Shown here piece after piece: positions 15,165-29,529 of a stretch of 64,000 nucleotides of DNA; position 1 is the first letter of the stretch; every line of letters starts with the position of its first letter. Made by a program: the position numbers and the translations under genes. A model generated the notes under the pieces. It saw only the letters and a list, made by a program, of their open reading frames with translations. It was not told the origin of the DNA and searched no databases. This DNA comes from Octopus vulgaris (lineage: Eukaryota), in contig OX597829.1 of the NCBI GenBank assembly GCA_951406725.2, positions 57,598,001-57,662,000 of the forward strand, given 5' to 3'.

Positions 15165-15497
15165 TCATCATCATCATCATTTAACGTTCGCTTTCCATGC
15201 TAGCATGGGTTGGACGGTTCGACCAGGGATCTGGGAAGCCAGAAGGCTGCACCAGGCCCAGTCTGATCTGGCAATGTTTCTACAGCTGGATGCCCTTCCT
15301 AACGCCAACCACTCCGTGAGTGTAGTGGGTGCTTTTTACGTGCCACCGGCACAGGTGCCAGACAAGGCTGGCAAACGGTCACGGTCGGATGGTGCTTTTT
15401 ACGCGCCACTGGCACAGGGGCCAGGCGGGGCGGCGCTAGCAACGGCCATGTTCGGATGGTTCTCTTACGTGCCACCGGCACTGGTATCTCAGTTGCA
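15165..15497 (-). mobile_element. RTE-type 3'-UTR-derived repeat with (GAT)n tail and internal ~62-bp subunits
   Basis: Reverse complement of the 40177-40612 element: GGCACGTAAAAAGCACC subunits, GTGGTTGGCGTTAGGAAGGGCATCCAGC, CCCATGCTAGCATGGAAAGCGAACGTTAAATGATGATG. Confidence 0.8.
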
Positions 15498-15826
15498 ATT
15501 TCCATATATATATATATTGGTAAAAACGGTAAGATAACAAAAGAAAGAAAGAGACCTCAATATTATGTAAATAGAGGAAATTTATCTGATATATATATGT
15601 GTGTGTTTGTGTCTATCAATATACATATATATATATATATATATACATACACACATGGTGTCATGTGGATAGAGTCAGATGTGGCTGTGTGGTAAAAATG
15701 CTCCGCAACCGCATGTTTCCTTGTTCAGTCCCATTACATAGCACTTTGGCAAGTGTCTTCTACTATAGCCTCAGGGAGACCAAAGCCTTGTCAGTGGAAT
15801 TTGTAGATGGAAACTGAAAGAAGCCT

Positions 15827-15998
15827 CCACTAAACCTTTTTTTATTTTCTCTCTTTGCTTATTATGTGTTCCCTTCTGTTGAAGAGCATAGGCTCGAAAC
15901 GTAAAAGACTTCTTCATTTTTTGAGCGTTAAACTAATACATCTGTTTGTTGTTTACATACCTATCTTTGTCTCTTGTTGTTTTTCGTAGATTCCAGCT
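15827..15998 (+). mobile_element. Penelope-like pseudo-LTR remnant with hammerhead-like motif, nested in a SINE A copy
   Basis: CUGUUGA (15876-82), bulged A, GAGC/GCUC stem II (15884-95), GAAAC-GUA (15896-903), then AAAG. Core has A6->U relative to CUGANGA. Confidence 0.6.
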
Positions 15999-16353
15999 AT
16001 ATATATATTTATATATATATAGATTTATATGTCTGTTTCTCCCAGCCACCATTGCTTGACAACCGTCGCTTGGTGTGTTTACATCCCTGTAACCAAGTGG
16101 TTTGGTGGAAGAGACTGACAGAATAAGCACCAGGCTTACAAGGAATAAGTCCAGTGAGCAATTTCTTCGACTAAAAGGTGGTGCTCCAGCATGGCCACAG
16201 CCAATTGACTGAAATAAGTAAAAGAATATAGATAGATAGAAAGGTAGATCAGATCAATAACAAAACACAAACAGACATACAAAAGCACCAAAATTGAAGA
16301 GACTTTCACAGTTAAAAAGATGTTGAAGTTCATAGAAGGGAAAAATAGTCATA

Positions 16354-16597
16354 CAGTAAATCCCTTGCCATATCGCGGTTCGCCTATCGCGGTTCACCTA
16401 TCATGGTTCACCTATCACGGTTTATTATGTAAGCTTATTCCTTCGTGGTGTTGTTTTGCATTTATAATACAATAAACATATACAAATTATAAAAATAATA
16501 AAAAATATATACAGTACAGTAATGGTTCTACTTTGCGGATTTTCACCAATCACAGGTGTTTTGGAACACAACACCTGTGATAGTCCAGAGATTACTG
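16354..16597. mobile_element. Tigger/pogo-like MITE
   Basis: TA|CAGTAAATCCC...GAGATTACTG|TA termini, consistent with a TA target-site duplication. Four tandem 14-bp TATCGCGGTTCACC-like subterminal units. Confidence 0.7.
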
Positions 16598-16770
16598 TAA
16601 AAGAAAATTTAACGAGTAAAAGTCATCAACATCATTGTTTTATGTCCACCTTTCATACTGGCATGGGTGGGACAAAGTATGTCTGTCTGTCTGTCTGTAT
16701 ATATATATATATATATACATATACATACACACACACACGCATGTACATGTAAGAACAGACAACTTCTGCT

Positions 16771-16801
<31 letters not shown>

Positions 16802-18058
16802 GAATGTCTTTTGTCGTTAGTTGTTTGTTTCTCTGTTGATTTTTGAATAGATAAAGCAGTTTTGTGTTACAGACTTCTATATCCCCGTCCCCACCTGCCT
16901 CGCGCTTGTCTACCTTTACTAAACTTTTCTCCAGGATCTTCTTACATACTTGCCTGCCACAACACAACAGAAAATGATCAGCCTGCAGTCGCCTACTCAT
17001 AGCATCCGCCTGCACGCCAGAGGTGGCGGCGGCGTAGGTAGCAGTGACGGTGGTGGCGACGGCGGCGGCGACGGCGGTGGTGGTAGTGGTGGAGGTGAGG
17101 CGGGGGGGGAAGCCAGTTAGAAGAGAGCAAATACAAGTATGTCAAATACCATAGAATATAAATTCTTAATCCATTAAAATTATCTCTGCTTCTAGAAGAC
17201 TTGTGTCATGATTACAAAATGCTAGTCAAGACCTGTTCCACATGAAAGGGGGAGATAATTTCGTGAATCAAGAATCCTCCAAGTTTATTGTCTGGAGATC
17301 TGGAAATGAGAGGAACAACCGTTCACTCATATTTCTCTTTCTATTGGCATCACCAGCAACAATAGTTGCCCGAGTAAGCAAAGGGCCGTCGGTAGCCTGG
17401 TTGCTTTTGGTCCAATATAGTTCTTTGCTTTGTTTCAAAGTAGCAGGCTTCTTTCTGGGATCTGCTCACCTGTACACTGGCTATATACTTAGCCCTTTCT
17501 TTCTCTCTTCTTTGATCTTTCATTTCTTTCAGTTGTTAGACTGTGACCATGCTGGAGCACTGCAGTGAAACATTTTAGCCAAACTTATCAGCCCCCAGTA
17601 CTCAATTTATTTTTCTCTAAGCTTGTTCTATCAGTCTGTTTTTGCTGAACGACTTCAGGGATGTAAACAAAGCAACATCGATTGTCAGCCAGTGGTGGGT
17701 GACAAACACACACACACACACACACAATGGTCATCTTTCAGTTTCCATTCTATCAAATCCACTGGCAAGGCTGTGGTTGGCCCGAGGCTGCAGTCAGCCA
17801 TGCCTGCACCTTCTTTTCCATTCCCTTCGAAGACTTTTCCATAACCTTTCTTTTGTAATGTGTCCCTTGTCTTTTGCCCTTCTCACACAAATGATGCACA
17901 AGATTGTTTTCCATAAGATACTTCTTGCTTTGTAGATCCCTTCCTGTCTGTGATGGGAAACTCTCTTAAAATATATTTACATATTGTGCGTATATATATA
18001 CATATATATATAACATGTATATATATATATATATAAAACAAATATATAACACAAACAC

Positions 18059-18091
<33 letters not shown>

Positions 18092-18210
18092 GATATAACA
18101 CATAACATATACAACATATATATATATTAAATAGATAGATAGATAGATAGATATTACATGTTTATAACATATACATACACGTGTGTGTGTGTATCTCTCT
18201 CTCTCTCTCT

Positions 18211-18275
<65 letters not shown>

Positions 18276-19440
18276 CAGAGAGAGGAAGAGAAGTAGATAT
18301 GTAGTGTGTGCTGCAAAGTAACAGAAGGAATTGTCATAAACAAAGATAGAAACAGATAGAGGGGGAGAGAGAGATAAAGAGAGAAACAGAAATAAAATAA
18401 ATGAGGTGAAGGGGGAGGAGAGGGAGATTGTTTGTGAAAGAGAAAGAAATAGAATGGGGGGAGAGAGAGAGAGAGAGGGGGAAAGAACCCCCAAAAACAA
18501 TTACATTTAGCAGACTAGAAGTAGAATAGAGGACAGATGTGTGTGTGTGTGTGTTCGTGTGTGTGTGTGTGTGCGCATGCATGCATGTAATGAGTGCATA
18601 CGTATGTGTTTGTCTAAAAATGTAGTGTGTGTGTGTGTGTAGCACATGAATGTGGGTTTGTTAGTGTGTGTGTGTGTGTGTGTCTGATCATGTGCTGAAT
18701 ACTTTCTCACATAAGCTCAATGGAAAGTTACCAACAGAAAATATCATATTTTTTCTGTATTTTCTTTCAAATATTTTAAATATTTTTCCACTAACTTGTT
18801 TGTTTGTTGTTTTATGTTTTACTTTATATATTGTTTTACTGTTGTTTGTTCATTCCTCTGGTATTCTCTCATTTTCCATAACTTTTTCTTTTATTATAAT
18901 TACCATTGTTATTGTAATTATTATTATTGTTGTTATTATTGAGTATGAAGGTGATGAGCTGCTGGCAGAATCGTTAGCAGACTGGACAAAAATGCTTAGT
19001 AGCATTCCTTCTGGCCTTTCATATCCTGGGTTCAAGTCCTGCTGAATTTTGACTTTGTCTTTCATCCGTCCAGGGTCGAAGAAATAAGAAGTCATTGAGC
19101 CCTGGTGTTGATGTAAACAGCTAGTCTTTCCCCCACCCACCCACACAAATTTCAAGCCCTGTGTCTATAGTAGATAAGGGTATTAAGATGAAAAAATTAT
19201 GAAATTAACAGAATTTTAGTTTGGAAATTTTAAAATATTGTTTTTACAGTAATTAATATTTTCTATCTTTTTTCCTTGATCTCATTTGAAACTCCGCCAA
19301 GGTCAACTTGACCATTCCTCTGACTAAGCAGGAAATACTATCAAATAGCAAACATTAAAAGGTTGTTTTTTGGGGATTCTTTTTTTTTTTGTAGTTTTAA
19401 ATTCAAATCAAAAAGCATTCAATCCAACACTTTAACAATT

Positions 19441-19489
19441 CTATTAATCCACTATTAATCCACTATTAATCCACTATTAATCCACTATT
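19441..19489. repeat. 11-bp tandem repeat CTATTAATCCA, about 4.5 copies
   Basis: Directly visible. Confidence 0.95.
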
Positions 19490-20788
19490 CCTTGTTTATG
19501 CAATGATGATTTTTAACATAGACAGACACAAGTTGTACTGGTGTTGTGGGTTAGGGGTGAGTGGAGTTGATTCAATTGATCCACCTAACTTTGTAACAGA
19601 TGCTATGTTTGATCAATGTTGTAAGAATGAAGGGGTGAGTTGAATTCCTAGTGGGATAGGAACTTTTAATACAATAGGATCTTTAAATATCTTAGATTAG
19701 CTACATTCACAGGTGATGGTCAGCAGAGACTGGAATAGGTGTTAGAATTGCATGGCAATGCACTAGCTCCAGCACTTCATGCTTGTAAGAATAAAGAAAC
19801 CAAACTTGCTATCTTCTATTTTCATGTTTATCCTCACAAGTGGACATGATTGTTGAGTAATGATCGAAAGAGTACCATAGTGAAGACTAGAATATGTCCC
19901 TCCACAGAATCTTTAAACTAAGGTTTCTCAACAGCAGCCATTGTTTGGAGACCAGGGGATCTTTCTAGGTGAAACTACTATTTCTCTGCATTAAGGGATC
20001 ACAACTCCAGTACTACAGACGTGGTTTGAATGTTGCTGGAATGAATCACAAGATGGATTCTTCAAGTTGAGCCAAATGCTAGGAAAACGACATGGTTGGC
20101 TAGTATCCGTTGTCTTAGTTGGTCGTGCTTGAAAATTCAGCCAGAAAATGATGGTTGCTTCTGATAGGAACCTATAGAGGAGATGTTTGAGGAGGACTCT
20201 ATAACCATGACCCCCCACTCCCAGGTGGGCGGAGATGATGGAATTAAATACTTCATTTGTTTTTTCTTTTAAGGTGGGTTTTTCTTGTTTACTTTATGGA
20301 TACAATGCATTTTGAAACTACACACTTAAGAATATACTTTATATATGACTTCATAGTAGATTATCAGTATATATGTGTATACACATAAACAATGGAGGAA
20401 AGGAATGGGTAAAAGCAGTAGAGCACTTTGCATGTGTCCAAAGTAGAAAAAAAAACCATTTAAGGAATTTAAACTAACTTCATAATTTTTGTTATTTTAA
20501 ACTCCTGAGATAATTTCCTTTTTCCCACTTTGGAAATGTGTTTAGTGATTAACTACAATGTCATTCCTTTCCTTCACAATTTTAGTTATTTCGTATTAAC
20601 AATGAAGTTGTAATGTATATGTCATTGCATCAAGGCCAGATCATTAATTTTGTGATATGGGATGAAGTGTAACTTATGTATTGATTGATAAATTTTATTG
20701 ATCAATTATTTTTTCCTTCGAGTATTCTATACAAGATGCTAGATGCTGGCAAGCTGTCGACCACAATCTACTGAGTCTTATTGAACTG

Positions 20789-20829
<41 letters not shown>

Positions 20830-22369
20830 CATACATACATACGTATGTATGTGTGTGTATGTGTGTATAAATAGTTGAAATTTACAGAAAAACAAGACAA
20901 AAACAAGTGTAGGCACAAGAAGCCTGTTAGTTTGACGATCAGGAAAATGAAAATCTATTTTACATTTTGAGCCTAGACTCTTTAACAGAAAAGAATAAGA
21001 GAAAATAAACAGAGAGAATAATAAAACTTGTAGAGTTCAGCGGCCCATCATATATGATTATATATATATATATATACACATAAATATATTTATTAATGTT
21101 TGCCTTTATGTTATAGTAAAAACAATTTTACATAAAACATATACACACACGAACATCTCAAAAGAAAAGCATTGATAATGACTTCAAAGTATCAGCCAGC
21201 TGAAACTTCAAAGTCACTATCAATATATATATTACATACAATTTTCTAAATCTTCAGATTTTTTTCATTATGCTAGGTGACTAGTTTAAATTGATATTAA
21301 TCTAATTAATATCAATTTTTACCCTTATTATTTAAATTTAAATATCTATATCTATACATATATGAATATGTTTATATTTGTATGTATTCATATGCATAAG
21401 GATATATGTATTTATATATGCGTATGTGTGTATATATACACAAGACAGACAGACAGACACACACACACACACACACGCATGTTCATTTCATGTTCCTGCT
21501 GTTTCTCTTTTCCAAATTCTTTCGCATAGCATTGCTCAGTTGAAGCCTAAAAAGTAGAAAACACAGGTCCATGGTGCTTTCTTGCTATGGGACGGAACCT
21601 AAAACCACACGACAGTCATTCCTCAGTACATGTAAAGGAGATTTCACATGGGTACTATCACTCTGTTACTGTTCCGACCACACTATCATCGCATGTTGTT
21701 ACACACCATTTGTCAGTATGCTTCCTTGTATAATCTTTGAGCGGTGCCACCTTGCTGGTTTGGTGAGGAGCAGGCTGATACTCACGTTCGTCCTGAATGG
21801 ATTGCCAGTCGGTCTCAGGGGGACCCAGTTACAACTGAGAGGAATGGAACTACTTAAAATGAAGCACTTTAGTCAAGAAGACAACTCACTTCCTATTTGG
21901 GAATTGAAACAAGGATCTTGAAATTGTGAGTTCAATAACCAGAAGTCCGACAGTGCTTTTGTTTGGTTATCCTTGCAATTAGAAAACACACCCTCCCTCT
22001 GGGAGTAATCAAAATTATTTAAACATAATCAAGGGAGATAAATTTATTAATATCATATAGTGCAAATTTATGGATTATCAAAAAAAGAATTAAACTGATT
22101 TCCTCTTAATTGATCCGTTTGTATTTTCTGAGAACTGTGAGATCTCTATATTCAAACATTATCCATTATAGAATCATTTCATTAACCAATTTGTTCATTT
22201 CATGAAGAACTGAAATACACATAAAGAAGGGCAATCCATTTTTAGTTACTGTTAAACTTCACATACAAACGTGAATTGATATTTTGTCTGTCTGTCCAAC
22301 AATAGCATGGGCGTTGGTATGAGTGGGGTTGAGAGACAGAAACTGAAGGAAGTCCCTCATATATACATA

Positions 22370-22657
22370 CATGGTGGTCGTCTACTCCTTATGCAGAGTT
22401 TGACCACCTCTTGTACCTACATCTTAGCACCATCATGGCGTCTGATGTGACTCTTTAAACCGATGCTCTGAAAAGACACCCACATAGATTGCACCTCTGA
22501 TTTGGACCACCAATTGGTGCAGATAAGTTCTGCTCTTTGTGGATCTTAAAATGTCTTTTGAGGTCTCTTTTGGATTTGCAAACCTTCTGGCATACATTGC
22601 ATTCAAAGGTGTGCACAGACATAAAGGCTGAATAGTTGGTGGAGGTTTGTTTTCCAT
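22370..22657 (-). mobile_element. Probable RTE-clade LINE 3' end encoding two C2H2 zinc fingers (second one frameshifted)
   Basis: Minus-strand translation HTFECNVCQKVCKSKRDLKRHFKIH...CNLCGCLFRA/GLKSHIRRH. Isolated fingers without TGEKP linkers, followed by a short tail and a microsatellite. Confidence 0.55.
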
Positions 22658-22821
22658 GTGATCACATGTGTGTGTATATATATATATAATATTATAAATT
22701 AGGGTATCTGATACTCTAATTTACAATTTTAAATAATTATTACCTTTGTAAGGTTTTGTATTCCCATGCTGGCCACTTGATAAGATCAATATTTAAATAT
22801 CGATATTATCCTTATTTATAA

Positions 22822-22862
<41 letters not shown>

Positions 22863-23002
22863 CATATGTGTGTGTCTTTGTATTTGTTCTCCACCCTACC
22901 TACATGACAACTGGTGTTGGTTTGTTTACATCCCTGTAACTTAGTTTAACTTAACAGAAAGATAAAATATGTATTAGACTTCAAAATAAGTACTGAAGTC
23001 AA

Positions 23003-23198
23003 TTTGGAGTAAAGATTATTTGCCAACATAACATGGCAGTCCTGGTTTAGGATGAATGTTGCTGTAATTTAGCTCCAGGAGACAATCTGTGTCCTTATAG
23101 CCAAATCATGTCATATAGCCAGCTGGGGCTAAATTACAGCAACATTTATCCTAAACCAGGACTGCCATGTTATGTTGGCAAATAATCTTTACTCCAAA
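23003..23198. repeat. Inverted repeat with 76-bp arms (23003-23078 / 23123-23198), inserted in a SINE A tail
   Basis: Arms are reverse complementary with two mismatches; 44-bp spacer. Confidence 0.93.
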
Positions 23199-23559
23199 GT
23201 ACTGTTGCTGAATATCTCTCGTTGTGAGATTTAAAAATAGTAATTTTCTAATTTATGAGTTCAATTTATTGAACTAAACCCTTCAACGTGGTGCCGCCTC
23301 AGCATGGTCAAAAGCCAATGATTGAGACAAATAAGAGAATACAAATGGGGTGTATTTGATTTTAAATCGAGTTAAGGGTTTATAAAGTTACTTAAATGCA
23401 GAGTTTGTAAATTATAGACTCTGTTAGGTAAAGCTAACAGGAATGGTTGCAAACAGTCGACACTAATAAAGTTTCTATAGCAACGGGACAAAATAGACAA
23501 CTTATCACACACACACACACACACAGGCATTACTACTTAGTGAGAGATGTGAGCAGAAA

Positions 23560-23617
<58 letters not shown>

Positions 23618-24055
23618 TGTATGCATGTGTGTATACATGTGTATGTATGTGCATATATATATATGTATATATATATGTATGTGTATATATATGTATCATT
23701 GTATGTGTGTATATATGTATGTGTGTATATATATATATATTTATATCTATATCTATCTATACACACACACACAAACAAACACATGCACACATTTACGAAA
23801 AGTGGAGTCGGCAAACTGTTTCCTCGCAAATCTATTATTACACACAGGTTTTCCGATGAGCTGGCATCTGTATGTATCAACAGAATGATAAAAGCCTTCA
23901 ATCAATACATGCATATGTTATTCATTATTTTCTTCTTTTTTTACTGGTTTCAGTCATTGGACTGTGGCCATGCTGGAGCACTGCCTTTAGTTGAGCAAAT
24001 CGACCCCAGGACTTATTTTTTGTGAGCCTTGTAATATATATGTGTGTGTGTGTGT

Positions 24056-24124
<69 letters not shown>

Positions 24125-25669
24125 TCCTCTTGGGTCTGAATAATGGTGAAACAGTTGTGAATTTGTGTAATAAAACAATTTTCTTATTCAGCTTCCCTTG
24201 TTAATAATTATATTTATGGATTTTTGAAAAAACGATCTCTAAATGACCAGCCTTTGATTTATAGTCATTTACGATAATAGATTTGTACCCAAGCTCAAAA
24301 GAATGAATGAATACCACCTGAATGAAATTGCTATTATATCTTCATACATAATTTATGTATGTGTGGGACTGTCTCCTTGTCTTGGTGTCAAATGATAGTT
24401 GTAAATGAATGTCACTCATACAAACGGTGTCATTCATTTACAATACATTATGAGAATATGTCAGGCCATGGAGAAATATTATCTTGATTAGCAACAGGAA
24501 GGGCATGTCAAACGTATCATGTGAACTCTATCATTATTACTATCCTGTTTCTGCTCTCTTTTTGCATACCTCTAATTCCTAAACTTCAGGCCTTATTTGC
24601 AGTCCCCACTCCTGCATCCACCCTTCATCCCTACCCAGCATCTCACATTTCCTCACCGCCCCCTGTCCCCATACACCCTTGCAAGCCTCAACACACTCAC
24701 AGCTTCTCTTGTAGTCACCTTGTATACTTTGAGGTGCCACAAGAACACCTTATTATCTCTGCTATCTATCTCTCCTCCTCCTCCTCTTCGTTGCAGCTAT
24801 GACTGATTTTATTTCTTTCTCCTCAATGTGAGTAGCCGTATAGTTTTGCTACAACAACACCTCGCTCTGCCCCACCCACTTCTTTCATACCTTAACCCTC
24901 ATCTTCTAGCATCTTCTGCCTCCACTTAGATTGCTTAGGCTTGCAACGTGCATGGCAAACTCACTGGTGCCAGTAGCACGAACAAAAGTACACGGTATAC
25001 TCTGTAGAGTAGCTGGTGTTAGGAAAGGCAGAGCATCAAGTCCTAGAAGCCATGCCAAAGCAGACACTGGAGTTGACGCAGTGCTTGGGTCCATTGGATC
25101 CTCTTAAATCATCCAGTCCACACCAGCATATACACACAATAATGATGACAGTATAATTTTATGCAATGAATAGTTGTGCATGCAAGTGTTTCTATGTAAA
25201 GTTGTGTCTAATTTGTATATTTTATATAAAGGAAATGCTCTTCCGTATTCTGTGAATTTTTTGTGTTTCTAACTTGTGATTTGGTGTCCATCCATGCCAG
25301 TACTCTGAAAGAGTACGTATGCAAGTTGTTTGTTATTGTAATTGCTTAGCCCCAAGTTAAGCCTTGATCAGGAGGGCTCTTTTTAATCAAACATATTTCC
25401 ACCCGTGACCGTCCCATCCGCCCACCTGCAATTCTTTTCTCAGAACAACAATGCTCAATCGGTCTGATTTTAAAACTTCAGATTTATAGCCAGGTTTGGC
25501 TGTTATTTCTAGCAAGTTTTAGCTACAACATAAAGGATGCCTAGCTGGCTAATTTTATGTGCAAGTATATGTGTATTTCTCTCTCTTTCTCTTTCTCTCC
25601 AGATATATATATATATATATATACACATACACACACATATATATATACACACATGTATGTATGTATAAG

Positions 25670-25706
<37 letters not shown>

Positions 25707-25869
25707 GTATATATATATGTATGTGTATATATATATGTATTTATATATATATATATATACATGTGCATGTATACATACATATATATATATATATACATAC
25801 ACATGTATATATATATTCATATATATATGTTTATATATATGCACACATATACATGTATATATATATATG

Positions 25870-25910
<41 letters not shown>

Positions 25911-26450
25911 AGAAATATACACATACATATGCACACGCACACACACACACACATACTATACACATATGCATACATTCATGCACAACAGACACACACACAC
26001 ACACATATTTATACAGACACACACAGTAATCACAGACCGCTTGTGGAATTTTCCATTTTAGACGTGGCATTGAACTGAACATATGGTAATGGAAATTTCC
26101 AAAGCATAAACATGAAGTAACAATAAAAAGTAAAAAAAAAACAATGCAAAAAAAAAAACCCGTTCAGAAAATACACAAATTAATTAATATAAGTGTTCCC
26201 CCACCACTGCTAGATAATTGCTGTTGGTTTGTTTACTTTACTTGTAACCAAGCAGTTTGCTAAAAAGAGAGTGATAGAATAAATACTAGGTTTTAAAATA
26301 AGCATGTCTGAATTTGTTCGACTAAACTGTTCAAGGGACTGCCCCAGCATGGCCACAGTCTAATGACTGAAACAAATAAAAATTAAAAGGTATATATATA
26401 TATTTGTATATAATGTATATATATATATAAATGCGTGTATATAATGTATG

Positions 26451-26506
<56 letters not shown>

Positions 26507-26519
26507 TGTGTGAACATAA

Positions 26520-26564
<45 letters not shown>

Positions 26565-27131
26565 ACATAATGTGTGTGTTTGTGTATATATATATACACA
26601 TACATTCACATATGTATATAATATCATCATCATCATGTTAAACGATGATGATGATATATACATATATGTGTATGTATATAATGTATATATATATATATAT
26701 ACATGCAATCATATATATGTATATATTGGGAGGGGAGGGAGAGAGAGAAGTACACACACACACACACACGGACATCTCAAAAGAAAATAGACACTTTAAA
26801 AAAGAAAAATTATTCAAAAGATTCATTTCTCGAAACCAAATACTGTCACTTGATGCCTTTAAATCCTTAATCTAGGGTTTAGCAAACGAGGTGCTTTGTG
26901 CTGTTCCTTAGAATTTAACCAGTTTGGGTATGGAATGGTGTCTGCACAGATGAAATGGCATTACAAGGAGGGAGGTTTTTTACTTTTGAAACATTTGTTT
27001 GTGTGTGTGTGTGTATAGATATATATATATACCGGAGTAAACACATAAATTCTAGCAAAAACTGTCCGATGAACGGCAACGGGAAACTCAGAGTAACAGG
27101 TTTTGTTGAATTTTCTGCTGTTTTAAATAAA

Positions 27132-27256
<125 letters not shown>

Positions 27257-27599
27257 TAGATAAATAGATATGCATGCAAATATACATATATTTATACATG
27301 CGTGCACACACACACATACACACATACACACACACACTCATTTTATATATATCTCTAGTTTTTCTTTTATCTTCTACTTGCTTCAGTGATTGGACTGTGG
27401 CCATGCTGGGGCACTGCCTTGAAGGGTTATAGTGAAATGAATCAACCTCAGGGCTTATTATTTTTTCAAGCCTCTTACTTACTCTATCAGTCTCTTTTCC
27501 TGAATTCCTCCTTAGTTACATGGATGTAAACAAACCAACACCAGTTATCAAATGATGGTAGGGGAGAAACACAAAACAAAGGTACACACATACACATAA

Positions 27600-27628
27600 G
27601 TACACACAGACACATATACACACACGCG

Positions 27629-27667
<39 letters not shown>

Positions 27668-27879
27668 GCATGCACACACACACACACACATACACACACA
27701 TATACACACACGCATGCACACACACACACACATACACACACACGCATGCACACACACACACATATACACACACGCGTGCACACACACACACATATACACA
27801 CACGCATGCACACACACACATACACACACATATACACACATGCGTGCACACACACACACACACATATACACACACGCAT

Positions 27880-27921
<42 letters not shown>

Positions 27922-28010
27922 GCATGCACACACACACACACACATATACACACACGCATGCACACATACACATATACACACACGCATGCACACACACACA
28001 CACACACACA
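27600..28010. repeat. Compound (CA)n minisatellite with recurring CATATACACACACGCATG unit
   Basis: Directly visible, unit about 26-36 bp. Confidence 0.9.
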
Positions 28011-29529
28011 AGATGTGCTTCTTTCAGTTTCTATCTACCAAATCTGTTCACAAAGCCTTGGTTTGCCTTTGCTCAAGGAGACACTTAGTGGGATTGAACC
28101 CACATAGTGAGAAAGCAACCTTCTTAATTACACGGCCACACTTATGCCTATCAAAATCTTTTTTTTTTCTTTCTCAAAAGTAAGTATTTATTTCATCGTT
28201 TTGTATTAGCAGTGAGAAATTTAATACAAGTTGCAATAATTGCCTTTTTCCTATTTTCTCTGATATTACCCATGGGTGCAAATGTATACTTCCAAAGATA
28301 TATGCTGGGTAAGGTTCTAATAAATGAATATATACTGTGAAGTTAAACTGTGGTGAATTACAAACCACAGAATCACAAGATTTTTATTTCAAAATAATCA
28401 TTCATCTTCACCTGATTGAACAAGTTGCGGTAATGAATAAATCATGTTGAACTTTCATTGGTTGAAATATCTCATTTGCAGATGCCACGACTGGAGGTGA
28501 TAGCAGTAATTCACTGAACGAACTGGTTGATTCTGACCATTGACAGCTTCTTCTTTTTGGTTGTTCACTCTGTATTTTGTGATATTCGTTATTGATTCAA
28601 TGAAATTCATTTACTGAAATAGTTTGCGTTCACTGTGTTGCATCTCGTGATTTCAAAATACCTTGCTTTTGGAGGTTATATGCTTAATTAACTGATAGCT
28701 GGGACCTTGACAGGTGCTACTACTCCAGATCAGTTTAGATCTGGGAACAATAGTTGCTAAGAGGTGGTCCCACTCTCTTCAAAACCCTGGAACTCCTGAA
28801 TAAGGGCCCAACTGCTAAGTGTAGTGTTAAATCATATCCAGGACCATTATACTGGTTCCACACATACAGGGTGGTCCTTTCAGGTGCCAATGTCACATAA
28901 AAAGCATGTGTGCTGGTGGCATCTAAGAAGCACACAGCACCCTACGTAAAGTGGTTGGCATTAGGAAGGACATCCAGCTTTTGAAACCATGTCAAATCAG
29001 ACAACTGGAGTCTGAACAGCTCCCAGCTGGCCAGCTTCATGTCAAAACCATCCAATCCATGCCAGCATGGAAAACAGACGTTAAATAATGATGATGATGA
29101 TATCTGACTCTAAATATTCAAGTTTTGATTGAATAAATAACTGCAAAAGAAAAAAAATATATAATCTTTGTACTGAATTGCTGTAAGACATAGTCATAAG
29201 TTTTTCTGATATTTGTTTGGTTTGATTACACACACACACACACACACACACGTGTACAAAAAAAAATAAATGAATAAAAACACCAGCAACAAAAACCCAG
29301 GGACACACCCTACTTCACAGATGTGCGTGTGGTTTATTTGCAGGGCAGCACCATCCATTTACCTGTAAAAATGATTAATCTAATCCATAAAACATGTCAT
29401 CAAGGTATGTTTGAACAGAATTTGGCCCAGGCCATGTCTGAGTTAATAACACCATCTGATAGGATCTGTTGGAAGTTGTTTTTAAGTTAGGTTTTGTAAC
29501 TTAAGTAAATATCTCTCTCCTGTAAATAT

